Positions 29,170-37,889 of a stretch of 64,000 nucleotides of DNA are shown in pieces. Source of the stretch: Candidatus Aenigmatarchaeota archaeon. GTDB lineage: Archaea > Aenigmatarchaeota > Aenigmatarchaeia > CG10238-14 > SpSt-28. How positions within the stretch are numbered: position 1 is the stretch's first letter; each line of letters begins with the position of its first letter. Where the stretch lies: contig JAVYKI010000004.1 of the NCBI GenBank assembly GCA_038742305.1, forward strand, positions 19 through 64,018, written 5' to 3'. Under the pieces are notes generated by a model, which saw only the letters and a list, made by a program, of their open reading frames with translations, made no database searches and was not told the origin of the DNA. Both the position numbers and the translations under genes were made by a program.

Positions 29170-29513
29170 AGATAGTCGGAAAGCATGTATATGGAAATTT
29201 GTACGAATGCGAAGCGGATTTGTCTAATGAAAATTTCTTACAAGAAATAATTATAAAAGCTGTTGAAATTTCTAATTCAAAGCTAGAAAAATTAATTTCT
29301 TATAAATTTGGAAAAGGGTTTGGGGTTTCTATAATAGCAATTGTTTCAGAAAGTCATATAAGCATTCATACTTGGCCAGAATACAATTATGCAACCGTAG
29401 ATGTTTATACTTGTGGAAACCATACTGAGCCAGAAAAGGCTTTTGATTATATTGTAAAAGAATTAAAACCAAAAAAAATTACTAAGCATATTGTAGATAG
29501 AAGTTTAGAGTAA
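29166..29513 (+). CDS. speH: S-adenosylmethionine decarboxylase proenzyme (SpeH type)
   Basis: ESHISIHTWPE self-processing-site motif. Start overlaps the ndk stop. Confidence 0.85.
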   Translation: MKIVGKHVYGNLYECEADLSNENFLQEIIIKAVEISNSKLEKLISYKFGKGFGVSIIAIVSESHISIHTWPEYNYATVDVYTCGNHTEPEKAFDYIVKELKPKKITKHIVDRSLE

Positions 29514-29843
29514 CTGAAAATACTTTCCCTTTACAGTTATTTTTTTGTTTACTTTTTCAAGGAGTTCTTTATCTAATGAAGCTACTACAAATTTATCTTT
29601 ATACTTAGTTATTAATTCATCAACTTTTCCCTTTTCTTTTATAAGTTTTATTTTTCCCTCTTTTATTAAAAGTTTTACCAATTTTAAAAATCTTTTATTT
29701 ATATTTCCTATTTCAGCTAAAGTTGTTTCGAAAACGTATATTTCATATTTTCCAAAATTTTCGTTTAAAAAATCTAAGAATAAATTAAACTTTTTTGATT
29801 TGAATAAATAAACTAAAAAGTTTGTATCTAGCACAATTTCCAT
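29505..29843 (-). CDS. PIN-domain protein
   Basis: N-terminal IVLDTNFLV acidic motif typical of PIN nucleases. Confidence 0.65.
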   Translation of the reverse strand: MEIVLDTNFLVYLFKSKKFNLFLDFLNENFGKYEIYVFETTLAEIGNINKRFLKLVKLLIKEGKIKLIKEKGKVDELITKYKDKFVVASLDKELLEKVNKKITVKGKYFQLL

Positions 29844-29847
29844 AATT

Positions 29848-30753
29848 ATGGAAATATATCCTATAGCATTTGATTCTTTGGGAGTAAGAAGTATGGCAAC
29901 TTTTATTAAAGCAAGTGAAAAAATATTTATCGATCCATACGCCGCTCTTGCTCCAAAAAGATATGGATTAAAGCCACATGAAAAAGAATTTGAAGTGCTG
30001 AATTTTTATTTAGAAAAAATATATGAACTAGGAAAAAAAGCTGATATTGCAATAATTACTCATTATCATTATGACCATCATCCAAGACCTTATGATTACA
30101 AATTTTTTGAAAGTTTTAGGAATGTGCATTTTTTAATAAAAGATTTTAGAAATGAGCATAGAAGTGCAAGGTTTAGAGGCAGCATTTTTATTCAAAAACT
30201 TAAAGAAAACGGAATAAGCTTTAACTTTGCTGACGGTAAAGAATTTATATATTCTGAAAGGATCGTTTTCTCTAATCCAGTTTGGCATGGAGAAGAAAAT
30301 AGCAAAGTTGGAAGAGTTATAATGTGTTTAATAAATTCCCTTGTTTTTGGAAGTGATGCTCAAAATTTAATGGATAAAAAAGCATTAAAATTTGTTATAG
30401 AAAACAATCCAAGATATGCAATATTAGATGGCTTTCCTATAGTTTTTGAATGGAAGTTTGGAAATGAGAAATTAGAAAGAAGCAATAATAATATAATTGA
30501 AGTTTTAAAAAGGACCGAAGTTGAATGGATAATTTTAGACCATCATATAGCTAGAGAAAAAAACTATAAAGAAAAAATTTTGGAAATTTTAAATTTTTCA
30601 AAAAAAGTTAATAAAAAAGTTATTAGTGCAGCAGAATATTACAATATGGAAAACCTTTTGCTAGAAGCTAATAGAAGAGAACTTTATGAAGGAAAAAGCT
30701 TTAATTTAGAAATTTATAAAGAAAAAATAAATGAAATAGTTAAAAATGTTTGA
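29848..30753 (+). CDS. metallo-beta-lactamase-fold protein
   Basis: ITHYHYDHH (HxHxDH) motif. Confidence 0.7.
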   Translation: MEIYPIAFDSLGVRSMATFIKASEKIFIDPYAALAPKRYGLKPHEKEFEVLNFYLEKIYELGKKADIAIITHYHYDHHPRPYDYKFFESFRNVHFLIKDFRNEHRSARFRGSIFIQKLKENGISFNFADGKEFIYSERIVFSNPVWHGEENSKVGRVIMCLINSLVFGSDAQNLMDKKALKFVIENNPRYAILDGFPIVFEWKFGNEKLERSNNNIIEVLKRTEVEWIILDHHIAREKNYKEKILEILNFSKKVNKKVISAAEYYNMENLLLEANRRELYEGKSFNLEIYKEKINEIVKNV

Positions 30754-31327
30754 AGAAAGGAAAAGAAAGGCATTAGAAAAACTAGAAAAAGCAATAAAGT
30801 TAAATGAAGTTGACGAACCAATAAAAGATTTTTTAATTAAAGTAAATTCTTATCCAGATGTTTATACAACATCGAGCTGCGCTGGAAGAATAATAGTTTT
30901 AGTTGATAAAGGAAATAAAAAAGATTCTTTTTTTGCAGGAAAATGGCATGATTTAGTTAAGGCAGAATTTGTATGGAAAAGAATAATTGAATATTCAAGG
31001 GAAAGCTTAGTTTGGTTAAAGCAAGAACCTTTTATTTTACATATTATTTGTAAACATTTAAAAGATGCAAGAGAAATAATTAGAATTGCTAGAGATGTCG
31101 GATTTAAGCATAGTGGAATAATAACTATTAAAAAAGAGAGAATTGTTTGTGAAATAAATGGAATTGATAGAGTAGAAATTCCAGTAATAATTAATGGAAA
31201 ATTAACAGTTAATAAAGAATATTTTCAAGATTTAATTGATTTCATGAATTCTAAATTGCTTAGAAATAAAACTTTAAGAGAAAGGTTTATAGAAAGGCTT
31301 ATTTATTATCTAGAACATAAATCTTAG
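30746..31327 (+). CDS. taw3: tRNA wyosine-derivative methyltransferase Taw3/TYW3
   Basis: TTSSCAGRI motif, diagnostic of the TYW3 family. Confidence 0.75.
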   Translation: MFEERKRKALEKLEKAIKLNEVDEPIKDFLIKVNSYPDVYTTSSCAGRIIVLVDKGNKKDSFFAGKWHDLVKAEFVWKRIIEYSRESLVWLKQEPFILHIICKHLKDAREIIRIARDVGFKHSGIITIKKERIVCEINGIDRVEIPVIINGKLTVNKEYFQDLIDFMNSKLLRNKTLRERFIERLIYYLEHKS

Positions 31328-32348
31328 CTTTAAGAGTTCCATAATCAATTTCGTACTTATGCTCCAATTCTAAAGGATATGCAGTTAATATTACAGCTCT
31401 TTTAACTTCTTTAGTTTTTTCTAAAAATTTTTTATATAGCTCTTCTAAATTTTCTGCTTTGCTTTTGTAGCCAAAAGGCATATCAGTTATTATATAATCG
31501 AACTGTGAATAATCTATTTCTAAAGCATCTTTTACGAAAAAATTAACTTTAGCAAAAGAATTTTCCAAATTTTCTTTTGCTTTTTGAATTAAATGACTTT
31601 TTATATCGCTTCCAAAAATTTTCAAATCTTTTTGTTCAATTTTCTTTTCCAATATTTCGAACATTTTACTTTTATCTAAAAAGTAAAATTTCTGAAATTC
31701 AAAGTTTCTGTTTAAATTTGGAATTTTCATTATGAAATGATAAGCTTCTATAGGAATAGTTCCTAATCCGCAAAAAGGGTCAATTATATTTTCTTTTGCT
31801 TCTGAAATTAAAACCATAGAAGCTGAAATGCTTGGTTTTAAAGTTGGAGTATATTTAAAGTACCATCTTTTATGTAAAGAGCTGCCAGTAGTATCTAAAG
31901 CAACTATTAGCAATTTATTTCTAACTATTACTTTTATTCTAATGTTTGGATTATCTAAATTAACTTTTAGCCTTACATTTTTTTCTTTCAAGTATCTATC
32001 TATAACAGCTTGCCCAGCAACTTTTGCTATATCTAAGCTTGTAAAATTATGTTTTCCAAATCTTTCTGCTTTAATTGCAAATGTTTGAGTTTGATAAATA
32101 TATTTTGTCCAATCTATTTCATAAACTTTTTTATAAATATCGTTTAGCTCAGTTATTTCATCAATAAGTAAAACATAGTAAATTTTATGCAATGTTTTTG
32201 AAAGCAAATTTAGAGTAATTATATCTTCTTCTTTTCCTTCAAAAATTATAGAACCTTCAAAAAGCTTTTTTGCTTTCGTTTTTATAAGCTCATTTACTTC
32301 TTTACAAGCAATTTCTTCTAAGCCTTTATTACAAGTAGCAATAAGCAT
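31299..32348 (-). CDS. THUMP-domain SAM-dependent RNA methyltransferase (Trm11/TrmG10-like tRNA m2G methyltransferase)
   Basis: N-terminal THUMP-like region, motif I DPFCGLGTIPIEA and motif IV ITDMPFG (D/NPPY-type). Confidence 0.8.
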   Translation of the reverse strand: MLIATCNKGLEEIACKEVNELIKTKAKKLFEGSIIFEGKEEDIITLNLLSKTLHKIYYVLLIDEITELNDIYKKVYEIDWTKYIYQTQTFAIKAERFGKHNFTSLDIAKVAGQAVIDRYLKEKNVRLKVNLDNPNIRIKVIVRNKLLIVALDTTGSSLHKRWYFKYTPTLKPSISASMVLISEAKENIIDPFCGLGTIPIEAYHFIMKIPNLNRNFEFQKFYFLDKSKMFEILEKKIEQKDLKIFGSDIKSHLIQKAKENLENSFAKVNFFVKDALEIDYSQFDYIITDMPFGYKSKAENLEELYKKFLEKTKEVKRAVILTAYPLELEHKYEIDYGTLKAKIYVLDNK

Positions 32349-32372
32349 ATAGATATTTAACTAATATAATTA

Positions 32373-33272
32373 ATGAAATTAAAAATTTTCTCTCTAGTAT
32401 TACTAACATTTATTATAGTAGCGCTTTTTTATTTGAGAGAAGAAACATCAAATTTAATTTCTCAGGAAAATTTTTATTTTGCATTGGAAATTCTTTTAAT
32501 TTTTCTAGCTTATTTATTCTTAAGCATTTTTATTGATTTTACTATTAAAAATAAATTGCATTATTCTGATTCGGAAGCTTTGAAAAACTTACTAAAGTTA
32601 CTTTTTGCATCTTTTTTATTTTTTTATATTCTTTTTAAAATTAGAATAGAAGGTTTAGGAATAGTTGGTGGAACTGTTTTTGGATTAGTTTTAGGTTTAG
32701 CTGCTCAGCATACATTAGGAAATTTGTTTGCAGGAATATTGCTTATAGCAACTAAAGTAATTAAGCCAGGGGATAAAATTTCAGTATTAAGCGGTTCAAT
32801 TCCTGTATATTCTTTAATTTTCCCCCCTTATAAATTTTACTCTTATGATTATTATTTACCTTATAAAGGAGTAGTTGAAGAAGTCGGTTTGTTCTTTAGT
32901 AAAATAAAAACTGAAGACGGTTTAATAATGAGAATTCCGAATTTAGCTTTTCTTTCTGGAGCAATAGTTAATTTAACAGAATCTAAAAAAGAATTTCTTA
33001 AAGTTTTTGTAAGAACAGAAGTTCCTATTTTTGCCGATATAGACAAAATTATTGAAAAAATTGATAAAGAGCTTAAAAAATATACTTCTTCTAGATTTGT
33101 TTTAGAAAACATATTTATAAGAGAAATTAATTGGTCAGTTCCAGATAAACCTAATTATATTCTAATTATAGAATGTAAAATTAAAGGCTTTGACGAAGAT
33201 TTTACAAGAAATTTAATAATTAAAACTGTAGGAAAAATAATTAAGAAAGAAATAAAAAAGCTGAGCAAATAG
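32373..33272 (+). CDS. mscS: small-conductance mechanosensitive channel (MscS family)
   Basis: TM helices followed by the MscS pore-helix signature GLAAQHTLGNLFAGILL. Confidence 0.85.
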   Translation: MKLKIFSLVLLTFIIVALFYLREETSNLISQENFYFALEILLIFLAYLFLSIFIDFTIKNKLHYSDSEALKNLLKLLFASFLFFYILFKIRIEGLGIVGGTVFGLVLGLAAQHTLGNLFAGILLIATKVIKPGDKISVLSGSIPVYSLIFPPYKFYSYDYYLPYKGVVEEVGLFFSKIKTEDGLIMRIPNLAFLSGAIVNLTESKKEFLKVFVRTEVPIFADIDKIIEKIDKELKKYTSSRFVLENIFIREINWSVPDKPNYILIIECKIKGFDEDFTRNLIIKTVGKIIKKEIKKLSK

Positions 33273-33375
33273 CTACAGCTGTCTACCCCGCTTTTAGCGG
33301 GGGGTGGATTTGAACCACCGACCTCCGGGTTATGAGCCCGGCGGGCACTCCAGGCTGCCTTGGGCCAGCTGTAGC
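33272..33375 (-). tRNA. initiator-type tRNA-Met (CAU) locus with apparently circularly permuted halves
   Basis: Minus strand reads [IR arm GCTACAGCTG]-GCCCAAG-[D-arm GGCA/GCCUGGAG/UGCC – anticodon arm CCGGG-CUCAUAA-CCCGG – AGGUC – T-arm GGUGG-UUCAAAU-CCACC – 3' acceptor CCCCGCU-A]-AA-[AGCGGGGUAG = 5' acceptor strand plus nt 8-10]-A-[IR arm CAGCTGTAGC]. Three G:C pairs at the base of the anticodon stem and the A1:U72 pair are initiator hallmarks. No 5' acceptor strand exists upstream of the D-arm. Confidence 0.6.
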
Positions 33376-33406
33376 TATCATTAAAAATATTTTTCTTCTT
33401 AATATT

Positions 33407-33928
33407 ATGATTTTGAGTGATGTAGAAATAAGAGAGTATTTGAAGAAAGGTTTACTTTTGAAGAATTATAAAGAGGAAAATATTACTTCTTGCTCTGTGG
33501 ATTTAACTTTATCTAACGAAATAGCAATTTATGAAGATATAGGAATTCCTTATATTGATGTGAAAAATTCTCCTAAAATTAAAACTTTGAAAATAGAAAA
33601 CGAATTTTATTTGCAGCCAAAAAGCTTTGTTTTAGCTACTACAGAAGAATATATAACTTTGCCAGATAATATTGCTGGAATAGTTGATGGAAAAAGTAGC
33701 TTAGCAAGAAGAGGTTTATTAGTTCATGTTTCTTCAAGCTTAGTTGATCCTGGATTTGAAGGAAACCTTGTTTTAGAAATGTTTAATGTTAATAATGTTC
33801 CAATAAAAATTTATAAGGGAATGAAAATTGCAAAAATATTTTTTATAAAATTAAGTTCCCCAACTTCTATTCCTTATAATAAAAGAGAAGATGCAAAATT
33901 TAAGCATCAAAAAGAAATAAAATTGTGA
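33407..33928 (+). CDS. dcd: dCTP deaminase
   Basis: IAGIVDGKSSLARRGLLVH active-site block. The tracked ORF start at 33332 overlaps the tRNA and is replaced by the internal Met (MILSDVEIREYL). Confidence 0.85.
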   Translation: MILSDVEIREYLKKGLLLKNYKEENITSCSVDLTLSNEIAIYEDIGIPYIDVKNSPKIKTLKIENEFYLQPKSFVLATTEEYITLPDNIAGIVDGKSSLARRGLLVHVSSSLVDPGFEGNLVLEMFNVNNVPIKIYKGMKIAKIFFIKLSSPTSIPYNKREDAKFKHQKEIKL

Positions 33929-34980
33929 GAGAAGCAGTTCTTTATAAAATTGAAAATGATAAAATAATTTGCACTGCTTGTGCAAGATACTGTAAGCTTT
34001 CTGAAAATCAAATAGGATTTTGTGGAGTAAGAATTGCAAAAGATAAAAAATTATATTTAATGAATTACGGAATTTTTGCCTCTTATGCTTTAGACCCAAT
34101 AGAAAAAAAGCCACTATTTCATTTTTATCCAGGAAGTACAGCATTAAGTTTTGGAACTACTGGTTGTAATTTTGCATGTAAGTATTGTTGCAACTTCGAT
34201 TTATCTCAAAGAAGAAAGGCAGAAGGAATAGAAATTTCTGTAGAAAAAATTTATGAAAAAGCTAAAGAGCTAAAAGAAAAATTTAATGTATCTTCAATAA
34301 CTTTTACTTATAACGAGCCAATAATTTATTCTGAATTTATTTATGATGCGGCAAAAATCCTTAAAAAAGAATTTAAAATAACATTAGTTAGTAATGGATA
34401 TTTTAGTAATGAAGCAATAGATTTTATTTCTAAGTTTGTAGATGCAATAGATATTGATATAAAAGGTAATGCAAACGATGAATTTGCAAAAAAGTTTATT
34501 TTAATTCCAAATTACGAACCAACTTTAAATGCTATAGAAGAACTTTATAAAAAAGGAATACATGTAGAAATAACTGATTTAATTGTTCCAAAAGTTGGAG
34601 AAAATTTGGAAGATTGTAGAAAATTGTGCAAGTTTATTTATGATTTAATGGGGGAAAACGCTTTCATTCATTTTTTAAGATTTTTTCCAAGCTATAAAAT
34701 GATGGATTATCCAGAAACAAGTTTAGAAGTTTTGGAAAAACATGCTGAAATTGCAAAAAACGAAGGAATAAATTATGTATACATTGGAAATGTTTGGGGG
34801 CATGAACTAGAAAATACTTATTGTCCAAACTGCAAAAAAGCTGTAATAAAAAGATATGGCTTTGCTGTTACTGAAGTAAATTTAGATGGTAGTAAGTGCA
34901 AATTTTGTGGCTATAATTTGCCAATAGTTGGAGAGGCAAAAATCTCTAAGCTAACTTTTCCAATATTTATAGATTTATGA
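33925..34980 (+). CDS. radical SAM enzyme, AmmeMemoRadiSam (AmrS/PflA-like) type
   Basis: N-terminal CTACARYC…GFCGVR cluster plus canonical CNFACKYCCN (CxxxCxxC). Confidence 0.8.
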   Translation: MREAVLYKIENDKIICTACARYCKLSENQIGFCGVRIAKDKKLYLMNYGIFASYALDPIEKKPLFHFYPGSTALSFGTTGCNFACKYCCNFDLSQRRKAEGIEISVEKIYEKAKELKEKFNVSSITFTYNEPIIYSEFIYDAAKILKKEFKITLVSNGYFSNEAIDFISKFVDAIDIDIKGNANDEFAKKFILIPNYEPTLNAIEELYKKGIHVEITDLIVPKVGENLEDCRKLCKFIYDLMGENAFIHFLRFFPSYKMMDYPETSLEVLEKHAEIAKNEGINYVYIGNVWGHELENTYCPNCKKAVIKRYGFAVTEVNLDGSKCKFCGYNLPIVGEAKISKLTFPIFIDL

Positions 34981-35231
34981 AAATTGAGGATTGGAATATA
35001 GTTTTTGGAAGTTTAGGCAAGCAACAAAACTTTACTCTTTTATTATCAGCTTTAGCAATCATAATTTTTTCTTTTGCTCAATATTTGGAAAATCAAGGTT
35101 TTCAAAGTTTAGAATTGTTAATTATAAAAAATATTGCAATATTGCCCGCTTTTTATTATTTGGTTTATTCATTAAGCAATAATGGAAGAATAACCAACAA
35201 TAACATCTTCTTCTTTAGTAATTTCTCCTGA
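34977..35231 (+). CDS. possible small membrane protein coupled to the radical SAM gene
   Basis: ATGA overlap with the upstream stop; two hydrophobic segments. It overlaps the 3' end of the convergent Memo-like gene, so it is uncertain. Confidence 0.3.
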   Translation: MKIEDWNIVFGSLGKQQNFTLLLSALAIIIFSFAQYLENQGFQSLELLIIKNIAILPAFYYLVYSLSNNGRITNNNIFFFSNFS

Positions 35232-35984
35232 ATTATAATAGCACAAGAGCTTTGGCTTTTTGTTAAGTATTTTACAAAAAGAAATAAATGCTTGAAATGT
35301 ATACTTTCCGCAAACAGTAGGATAAAATTCTAGAAGTTCTAAAAATTCTTTTTCATTTAACTTTAATATAGAATTTATTATGTGCATATCAGCATTTCTA
35401 ACCTTTTCAATTCTTTTTTCTGTAAAAATTACAAAGCCATAGATTTCTCCATGATGAATTAAATCTCCAGAAAAAATTAAAGCAGTTTCATTATCTAGAA
35501 GATTTGATAAATTTTTTGAAAAGTCGTAAATTTCTTCGAAGCTCATGTTATTTATTAAAATTGGGACTAATTTAAAATTTTTTAAAAAATATTCTAGAAA
35601 AGGAATTTGAACTTCTATCGAATGTTCATATTTATGAATTTCATCATTTATTTCGACATTTTCGAATTTACTTATTTTTTCAATAAATTCTTTATCAGTT
35701 TCTATTTTTCCAAAAATTCCTTCCCAATCCTCCTTTCCTACACATATTTTATTGCATAAGCCATTATGGTCAACTCCAAAAATTATTACTCTTTTTACTT
35801 CTTTATCTAAGTTAGCATAGCTATGCAAAGCACAAAAACCAGAATAAATATAGCCAGCATGCGGAACAATAGCAAGCTTTGCTTTATCTTCAATTTTTAT
35901 CTTTTTTAAATTTTCTTTGATGAAGCTCTCAATTTCCTCTTTTTCATAAGGATAAAAGCTTCCTCTAAACCTAAGGCTTCTCAT
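35172..35984 (-). CDS. Memo-like protein (AmmeMemoRadiSam system protein B family)
   Basis: LAIVPHAGYIYSG and later His-rich metal-binding positions typical of Memo. Confidence 0.8.
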   Translation of the reverse strand: MRSLRFRGSFYPYEKEEIESFIKENLKKIKIEDKAKLAIVPHAGYIYSGFCALHSYANLDKEVKRVIIFGVDHNGLCNKICVGKEDWEGIFGKIETDKEFIEKISKFENVEINDEIHKYEHSIEVQIPFLEYFLKNFKLVPILINNMSFEEIYDFSKNLSNLLDNETALIFSGDLIHHGEIYGFVIFTEKRIEKVRNADMHIINSILKLNEKEFLELLEFYPTVCGKYTFQAFISFCKILNKKPKLLCYYNSGEITKEEDVIVGYSSIIA

Positions 35985-36217
35985 TATTTTTCTTTTAAAT
36001 AATAAATTGGCAACCCTTTATAAGCAGAAAGGAAAAATATGAGAATTAAAATTAAGAAAATGCTAATTAAAAGAATTAAACCGAATATTGGAATTTTTTC
36101 TTCCGAAAAAGTATTAACATAAATTGTGAAAATTATTGATAAAATCATTATAATAGAAAATAACCAAGCACTCCATTTTGGAAGTATTACCTCTCTTATT
36201 TTTTCTCTTTTCGCCAT
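35984..36217 (-). CDS. small 2-TM membrane protein
   Basis: 77-aa hydrophobic ORF whose start overlaps the next gene's stop. Confidence 0.4.
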   Translation of the reverse strand: MAKREKIREVILPKWSAWLFSIIMILSIIFTIYVNTFSEEKIPIFGLILLISIFLILILIFFLSAYKGLPIYYLKEK

Positions 36218-36219
36218 AA

Positions 36220-36735
36220 TTATTTATGCTTAACAACTTTTCCTTTTTCAGAAGGAATAATTTTCAATTTTGCATTTTCAAATTCTACAAAAAATTCTTT
36301 ACTATCAAATATTTTATCTAGAAATATTGCTAAGGCAGCCACTTCTGAATGGGGTTGATTAGTAATTGAAATATTGTAATCAGCAATTTCATAAACTTCT
36401 CTTGGAACTTTTTCAGAACCAATTATTACTAAAATTTTTTCTTTATTTTTTAGTTCTTCTAATTTTTGAATTAAAGGAATTCCATACATTGTTAAATGAA
36501 CTTTTGTTGCATTAAAAGATTTTAAAAAGCTTTTCCAATCTTTAACATATTCTATTTCAAAACTGCTTCCAAAATTTTCATTAACTTTTCTAATAGTTTT
36601 TTCTAATTCTTCGTCTTTTTGTCCGCTATAAAACATTTTCTTTGCTAGAAAAGCTCTTGCTACTAAGGCACAATGTGTTGTAACTCTTTTATCTCTTTCT
36701 CTTCTATGACTTAATCTTAGAATATATACTTCCAT
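36220..36735 (-). CDS. tRNA (cytidine56-2'-O)-methyltransferase aTrm56 (SPOUT)
   Basis: N-terminal LRLSHRRERDKRVTTHCALVARAFLA matches the aTrm56 signature; about 170 aa. Confidence 0.8.
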   Translation of the reverse strand: MEVYILRLSHRRERDKRVTTHCALVARAFLAKKMFYSGQKDEELEKTIRKVNENFGSSFEIEYVKDWKSFLKSFNATKVHLTMYGIPLIQKLEELKNKEKILVIIGSEKVPREVYEIADYNISITNQPHSEVAALAIFLDKIFDSKEFFVEFENAKLKIIPSEKGKVVKHK

Positions 36736-36779
36736 TTTAATCTTTATTTGTTATCATAAAAAAAGTATAAATACTTATT

Positions 36780-37394
36780 GTGAATTTTATAGTGATGGAA
36801 AATAAAATCGAATTTTATGTAAATAAACTCTATGAGTTAGATAAAAAATTTCAAGAGAAATTCGGAGAATCTTATAAAGCTACTGAAATAGTTTTTTCAT
36901 CTTTAGAAAGTCTAGATAATTTTTTCCTAAATTTTTCCCTTTTTGTTGATTTTATAGATTATATGTTTAGTAAAGGCGAGATAAAATCAGAAGAAGATAT
37001 TAAATCTCTCTGTTATGTGGCAAGAGGCACGAAGCTTATACAAAGTTTAATAGAAAAATATTTGAAAGGCTTAGAAATTAAAGTAAAGGAGGAACTAAAA
37101 AACGCAGTAAGAAGTTATCTCTTTTCAAGAGGATATTTTTTTGAAATTGATATTATTTCAGTTTTTTCGGTAGGTTTAGTAGGAATATATCTAAATGAAG
37201 TAAAAGGAAATTGGAAGAACATAAGAAAAAAAGAATATCGAATTCAAGTAATTTCAGATATAGTTTTTCGTACTCTTTTATATATTTTTAGAGATTTAAA
37301 ACGAGATAAATTAAAAATCCTAAAAATAAAAGAACTAGTAAGAAAATACTTAGAAAATCAAGTAGACTTATGTTCAAATTACATAAAATCTTAA
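36780..37394 (+). CDS. hypothetical protein
   Basis: 204-aa ORF with no recognised motif. Confidence 0.5.
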   Translation: MNFIVMENKIEFYVNKLYELDKKFQEKFGESYKATEIVFSSLESLDNFFLNFSLFVDFIDYMFSKGEIKSEEDIKSLCYVARGTKLIQSLIEKYLKGLEIKVKEELKNAVRSYLFSRGYFFEIDIISVFSVGLVGIYLNEVKGNWKNIRKKEYRIQVISDIVFRTLLYIFRDLKRDKLKILKIKELVRKYLENQVDLCSNYIKS

Positions 37395-37889
37395 ATTTTC
37401 ATCCAAATCTTTTTTAACTCCTATTCTTTTTGAAGAAAAATATTTAACTTTCTTTCTTGTATTTATAAAATTGATTGGAGAATTTTCTATTGTAGCATCT
37501 ATACCATTTAAACTTTTATCTATTTTTAAAGCTTTTGTAAGTTTTCCTGGGCCATTCGTTATTGCTTTAAAGTTTAAAGGTTTAACAGCTCTAATTAATA
37601 CTGCACCGACTTTATTTTTTTCGTGAGCAACAACATTTAATAACCAATTTGAATGAACCATATAAATTAAAAGCTTTCCAGGTTTATCGTGCATTAATTC
37701 AACAACATATTTAGGCTTACCTAAATAAACTCTCGAAGCAGGGTCTTCTTTTCCGTAGTAAGCTTCTGTTTCTGTAATTTCCGCTTTTAAAATTTTTCCA
37801 TTAATTTTTCTAACTAGAATTTTTCCTAAAAGCTCTATAGCAACAATTTTAGGTTCTCTTTCAAAAAATTTCCTTTTTAAAATTTTCAT
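37374..37889 (-). CDS. mpg: DNA-3-methyladenine glycosylase (AAG/Mpg family)
   Basis: ITETEAYYGKEDPASRVY block characteristic of AAG-family glycosylases. Confidence 0.8.
   Translation of the reverse strand: MKILKRKFFEREPKIVAIELLGKILVRKINGKILKAEITETEAYYGKEDPASRVYLGKPKYVVELMHDKPGKLLIYMVHSNWLLNVVAHEKNKVGAVLIRAVKPLNFKAITNGPGKLTKALKIDKSLNGIDATIENSPINFINTRKKVKYFSSKRIGVKKDLDENLRFYVI

Noticed and set aside
29545-29811. 88-aa plus-strand ORF
   Set aside because: Antisense within the PIN-domain gene.
33286-33304. Plus-strand hairpin CCCCGC-TTTTA-GCGGGG immediately after the mscS stop, considered as a terminator
   Set aside because: Archaeal terminators are normally oligo-T tracts rather than GC hairpins. 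The same nucleotides form the tRNA acceptor stem on the opposite strand. It is retained as the alternative explanation under the permuted-tRNA finding.
33332-33406. N-terminal extension of the dcd ORF
   Set aside because: It overlaps the tRNA-Met locus (MSPAGTPGCLGPAV is the tRNA read in another frame). The conserved dCTP deaminase sequence starts at the internal Met.
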